NCBI RefSeq assembly: GCF_963853765.1
Contig: NC_088860.1
Location: 9,672,001-9,736,000, forward strand
From: Magallana gigas
Taxonomy: Eukaryota
DNA: 64,000 bases
Direction: 5' to 3'
Position numbers and translations under genes: made by a program. Positions 62,490 to 64,000 of this stretch are shown in pieces (position 1 is the first letter of the stretch; every line of letters starts with the position of its first letter). Below the pieces are notes generated by a model. That model was not told where the DNA came from and made no database searches. It saw only the letters and a list, made by a program, of their open reading frames with translations.

Positions 62490-64000
62490 GTTTTGTTATA
62501 TAAATCTGGACATAGGCTTGACCCTAGCAATTACAGAGGTATATCAACTACCTCAAATCTTGGAAAACTTTTCAATAGAATAATACATACTAGGTTACTT
62601 GAATTTGTAAAGTCCATGTCACTTATAAGTGAAAATCAAATTGGCTTCAAAGAAAACTGTAGAACATCAGACCACGTGTTCTCTATAAAAACTATCATTG
62701 ACCATTATAAAAGTAAAAAAGTATATGCTGCTTTCATTGACCTTAGAAAAGCATTTGACACTGTATAGAGAGAAGGTTTATTTTATAAGCTCCTTAACTC
62801 CAATATTTCTCAAAAATTATTTAATATTCTTTTTTCCATGTACAGCAACACAACCAGTAGGATAAAATTTTCTGATGGGTTATAGGTAAAATATTTAACT
62901 CTGAATGTGGTGTCAAACAAGGGGATGTTCTTAGCCCTACACTTTTCAATATATTTATTGATGGTATTGTCAGTGACTTGAAACAAAATGTAAAATGTGA
63001 ACCTGTACATGTAAATAATCTCAATGTAAACTGTCTGCTTTATGCTGATGATATTGTTATTTTATCAGAAAGCAAAAGTGGTTTACAAACTAGTTTAGAT
63101 ATTCTTTATAACTATTGTTCAAATTGGAAATTACAAGTCAATGTTGATAAATCTAAAATCATGATTTTTAACTCAAATAGTAAACATCAAAGCATCAATT
63201 TCACTTTCAATGGAAATAATATGCAAGTTGTATCAAAATACTGTTATTTGGGTATTGTATTGAAAAGTAATGGGAAGTTTAATTTAGCAACATCTGTGCT
63301 TGTTGAAAAGGCCAGAAAAGCATATTTTAAAATGAAAAAAAATTGGTATTGATTATCCATGTAAGCTCTTAGAAAAACTTTTTGATTCTATTGTACTTCC
63401 TGTACTTCTTTATTGTTGTGAAATATGGGGAGTGGATCTCTCATTGAAAGATATTTCAGTTATCGAAAAATTTCATGTAAAATTTCTTAGATATACTTGG
63501 ATTACATTGCAAAGCATCTAATGCTGGTTGTTTGGCAGAATTAAACAGGTTACCACTTTGGTCTAAAATCTCATTCTCAAGCATTAAATATTGGAATCAC
63601 TTGATAACGTCTAATTCTTTGGCATTTAAATTATATCAGGGAACGATCAATTCCAATTCCTGGACTAAGAAAATTTATGGCATCCTAGACAATTTGGGAT
63701 TCTCAAACATTAGTAATTATAAAAGCACAATTCAACACTTTTTACCAAACATAAAGCAAAGAATCATTGACCAATGTATCCAAGAGCAATCATCAAAAAT
63801 TTTTAGTTCAGAAAAACTTTCATTTTTTCAAAAATTATATATGAGAAAAAGAAGTCCTTATGTTGATATACTTAGGAAAAGATCTGAGAGATCCTCTATT
63901 AGTAGAATAAGATTAAGTGCACATAAACTTGCAATAGAAAGTGGTAGATATATATAATGCCACAATTAGGAATGAAAGATATTGTAATGCTTGTAAAACT
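62490..64000 (+). mobile_element. 5'-truncated CR1/L2-group LINE (reverse transcriptase) with few disablements
   Basis: NYRGIS, QIGF, DLRKAFDTV followed by TAG at the conserved Trp, GVKQGDVLSPTLFNI, LLYADD, YLGI, then after a frameshift RLSAHKLAIESGRY; runs to the window edge, antisense to FAM204A. Confidence 0.92.

Overview
AT-rich bivalve genomic DNA, most likely Crassostrea/Magallana oyster (inferred from a Cg170-type satellite and Helentron/HINE-type ends), with two sized N gaps. I reconstructed these genes by hand from splice sites and exon phases: (1) the 3' part of a + strand Ig-TM-TIR receptor with IL-1R-like architecture (1656-9075); (2) a 5-exon THAP + ISL2EU/Harbinger-type transposase on the - strand, with an open frame but a damaged catalytic core (15387-18885); (3) a complete + strand secreted Pif-like shell-matrix-type gene (signal peptide, two tandemly duplicated Ig exons, Pro/Gln/Met low-complexity region, chitin-binding-like module, LamG; 24303-31266); (4) an orphan 263-aa disordered protein (38868-39659, -); (5) an ankyrin + SOCS-box gene (57628-58395, +); and (6) the 3' six coding exons of FAM204A (58728-62018, -), convergent with gene 5. 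The rest is dense with non-autonomous DNA elements (MITEs, HINEs, foldback hairpins, TTAA elements), LINE remnants and micro/minisatellites. The most notable observations are the Ig-TM-TIR receptor, the Ig-bearing Pif-like gene whose duplicated exons differ only at replacement sites, tRNA-derived Pol III cassettes buried inside DNA elements, and foldback hairpins with unrelated arms but a shared apex. Family names for repeats come from recalled structural rules, not database searches.
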